Positions 63,064 to 64,000 of a stretch of 64,000 nucleotides of DNA are shown piece after piece. Position numbers and translations under genes: made by a program. A model generated the notes under the pieces. It was not told the DNA's origin and did not search any database. It saw only the letters and a list, made by a program, of their open reading frames with translations. The number at the start of each line of letters is the position of its first letter. Position 1 is the first letter of the stretch. Source of the DNA: Haliotis rufescens (taxonomy: Eukaryota); contig NW_025963817.1 in the NCBI RefSeq assembly GCF_023055435.1, positions 1-64,000 on the forward strand, given 5' to 3'.

Positions 63064-64000
63064 CTATGTTAGGAAGGAAGTTGAGTATTTGAACCCCTGT
63101 TTTACACTGCTTTAAACATTATTTCAGCCTGTCTGACGTTTGTTAGGGTTAAGCCATGAGGGATGATGGTATTTGAGGTTTACTTTGGTGAAACCCACCA
63201 TCAGATGTGCTGACCATCAAATGTTCATAATCAGTGCGAATCTAAGATTCGAACCAACTTATCTTGTCATGCCAAAGGGACACAACTCCACACAGCCAAC
63301 TGTTACACCCTCATGGCAACCAACTGTGACCAGCTTGCACCAACAACAGTGTGTGTTCTGAGTGGGTTAGCAACTGCAGGAAAATGTTGATGTAATACTG
63401 GTTAAAAAAAAACTGGGGTGTATTATATCACACGCAGGATTGATCATTTCTTACAGATGTTACTTCCAAAACCTTCCCACCCCAACACACCACCCCTAAA
63501 ACTGCAGTTCATTTTGAAAGGAATCTAAAGACAAGATAATTACCAAGATTACTGCTGACACAAACTGAAGGCAAACACATGGTCAACAACTGATGTGAAC
63601 ACTTAAATGTAAACAGATATTTTATTCAAATTATTGCAGAGAATATACCTATCAACAGAATAAAACATACAGATCTTATGTACAATACACAGTTGACAAC
63701 ACGGTCACTATAACACATGTAGAGGATTATACAGAAGTTCTCTATGTACAAGAAGGCTCATGTCCATCCATCTGACCATGAAAGGCTTAAAACATTTCCA
63801 GCCATTGTATTCATAGTGTTTCATACCAGACATTCTTCTTTCCACTAGACAATACATTGTATGTTCCTATTTAGATTTATCTACCCTTGTACATTCAATA
63901 TTCTAATATATATAACATAATATGTATATTAATATTGCACTAGTGTCCATAGAATCAGTGCATGCTCAAAGCGCTAACATTATTACATCGGTCAATCCAT

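Noticed and set aside
63615-64000. Possible 3'UTR and poly(A) signal of a minus-strand gene beyond the window
   Set aside because: Only an AATAAA in AT-rich sequence; no exon is visible.

Overview
Eukaryotic (animal) genomic DNA, intron-rich and SINE/MITE-rich, with three assembly gaps. Gene and repeat content suggest a mollusc, possibly a gastropod such as abalone; this is inference. I reconstructed seven genes by hand from splice sites, and they form a defence-flavoured neighbourhood. (1) A Toll-like receptor with a single coding exon (minus strand, 831 aa). (2-4) Three tandem ~4-5 kb duplicates of a 3-exon gene for a secreted, possibly GPI-anchored, MEGF10/SCARF/CED-1-like multi-EGF protein. 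Two copies are intact (509 and 507 aa) and one has a GGA>TGA nonsense codon. (5) A 13-exon, 612-aa protein made of two complete glutathione-S-transferase modules in tandem, with an MGxxxS myristoylation-type N-terminus and a degenerate second active site. (6-7) Two 3-exon, 75-aa potato-inhibitor-I (eglin c/CI-2, MEROPS I13) protease inhibitor genes with different P1 residues, not recovered as complete ORFs in the ORF track. The rest is four SINE families, several MITE families, a decayed Tc1 transposase, and 16-, 19- and 44-bp tandem repeats. No CRISPR, rRNA or genuine tRNA genes were seen.
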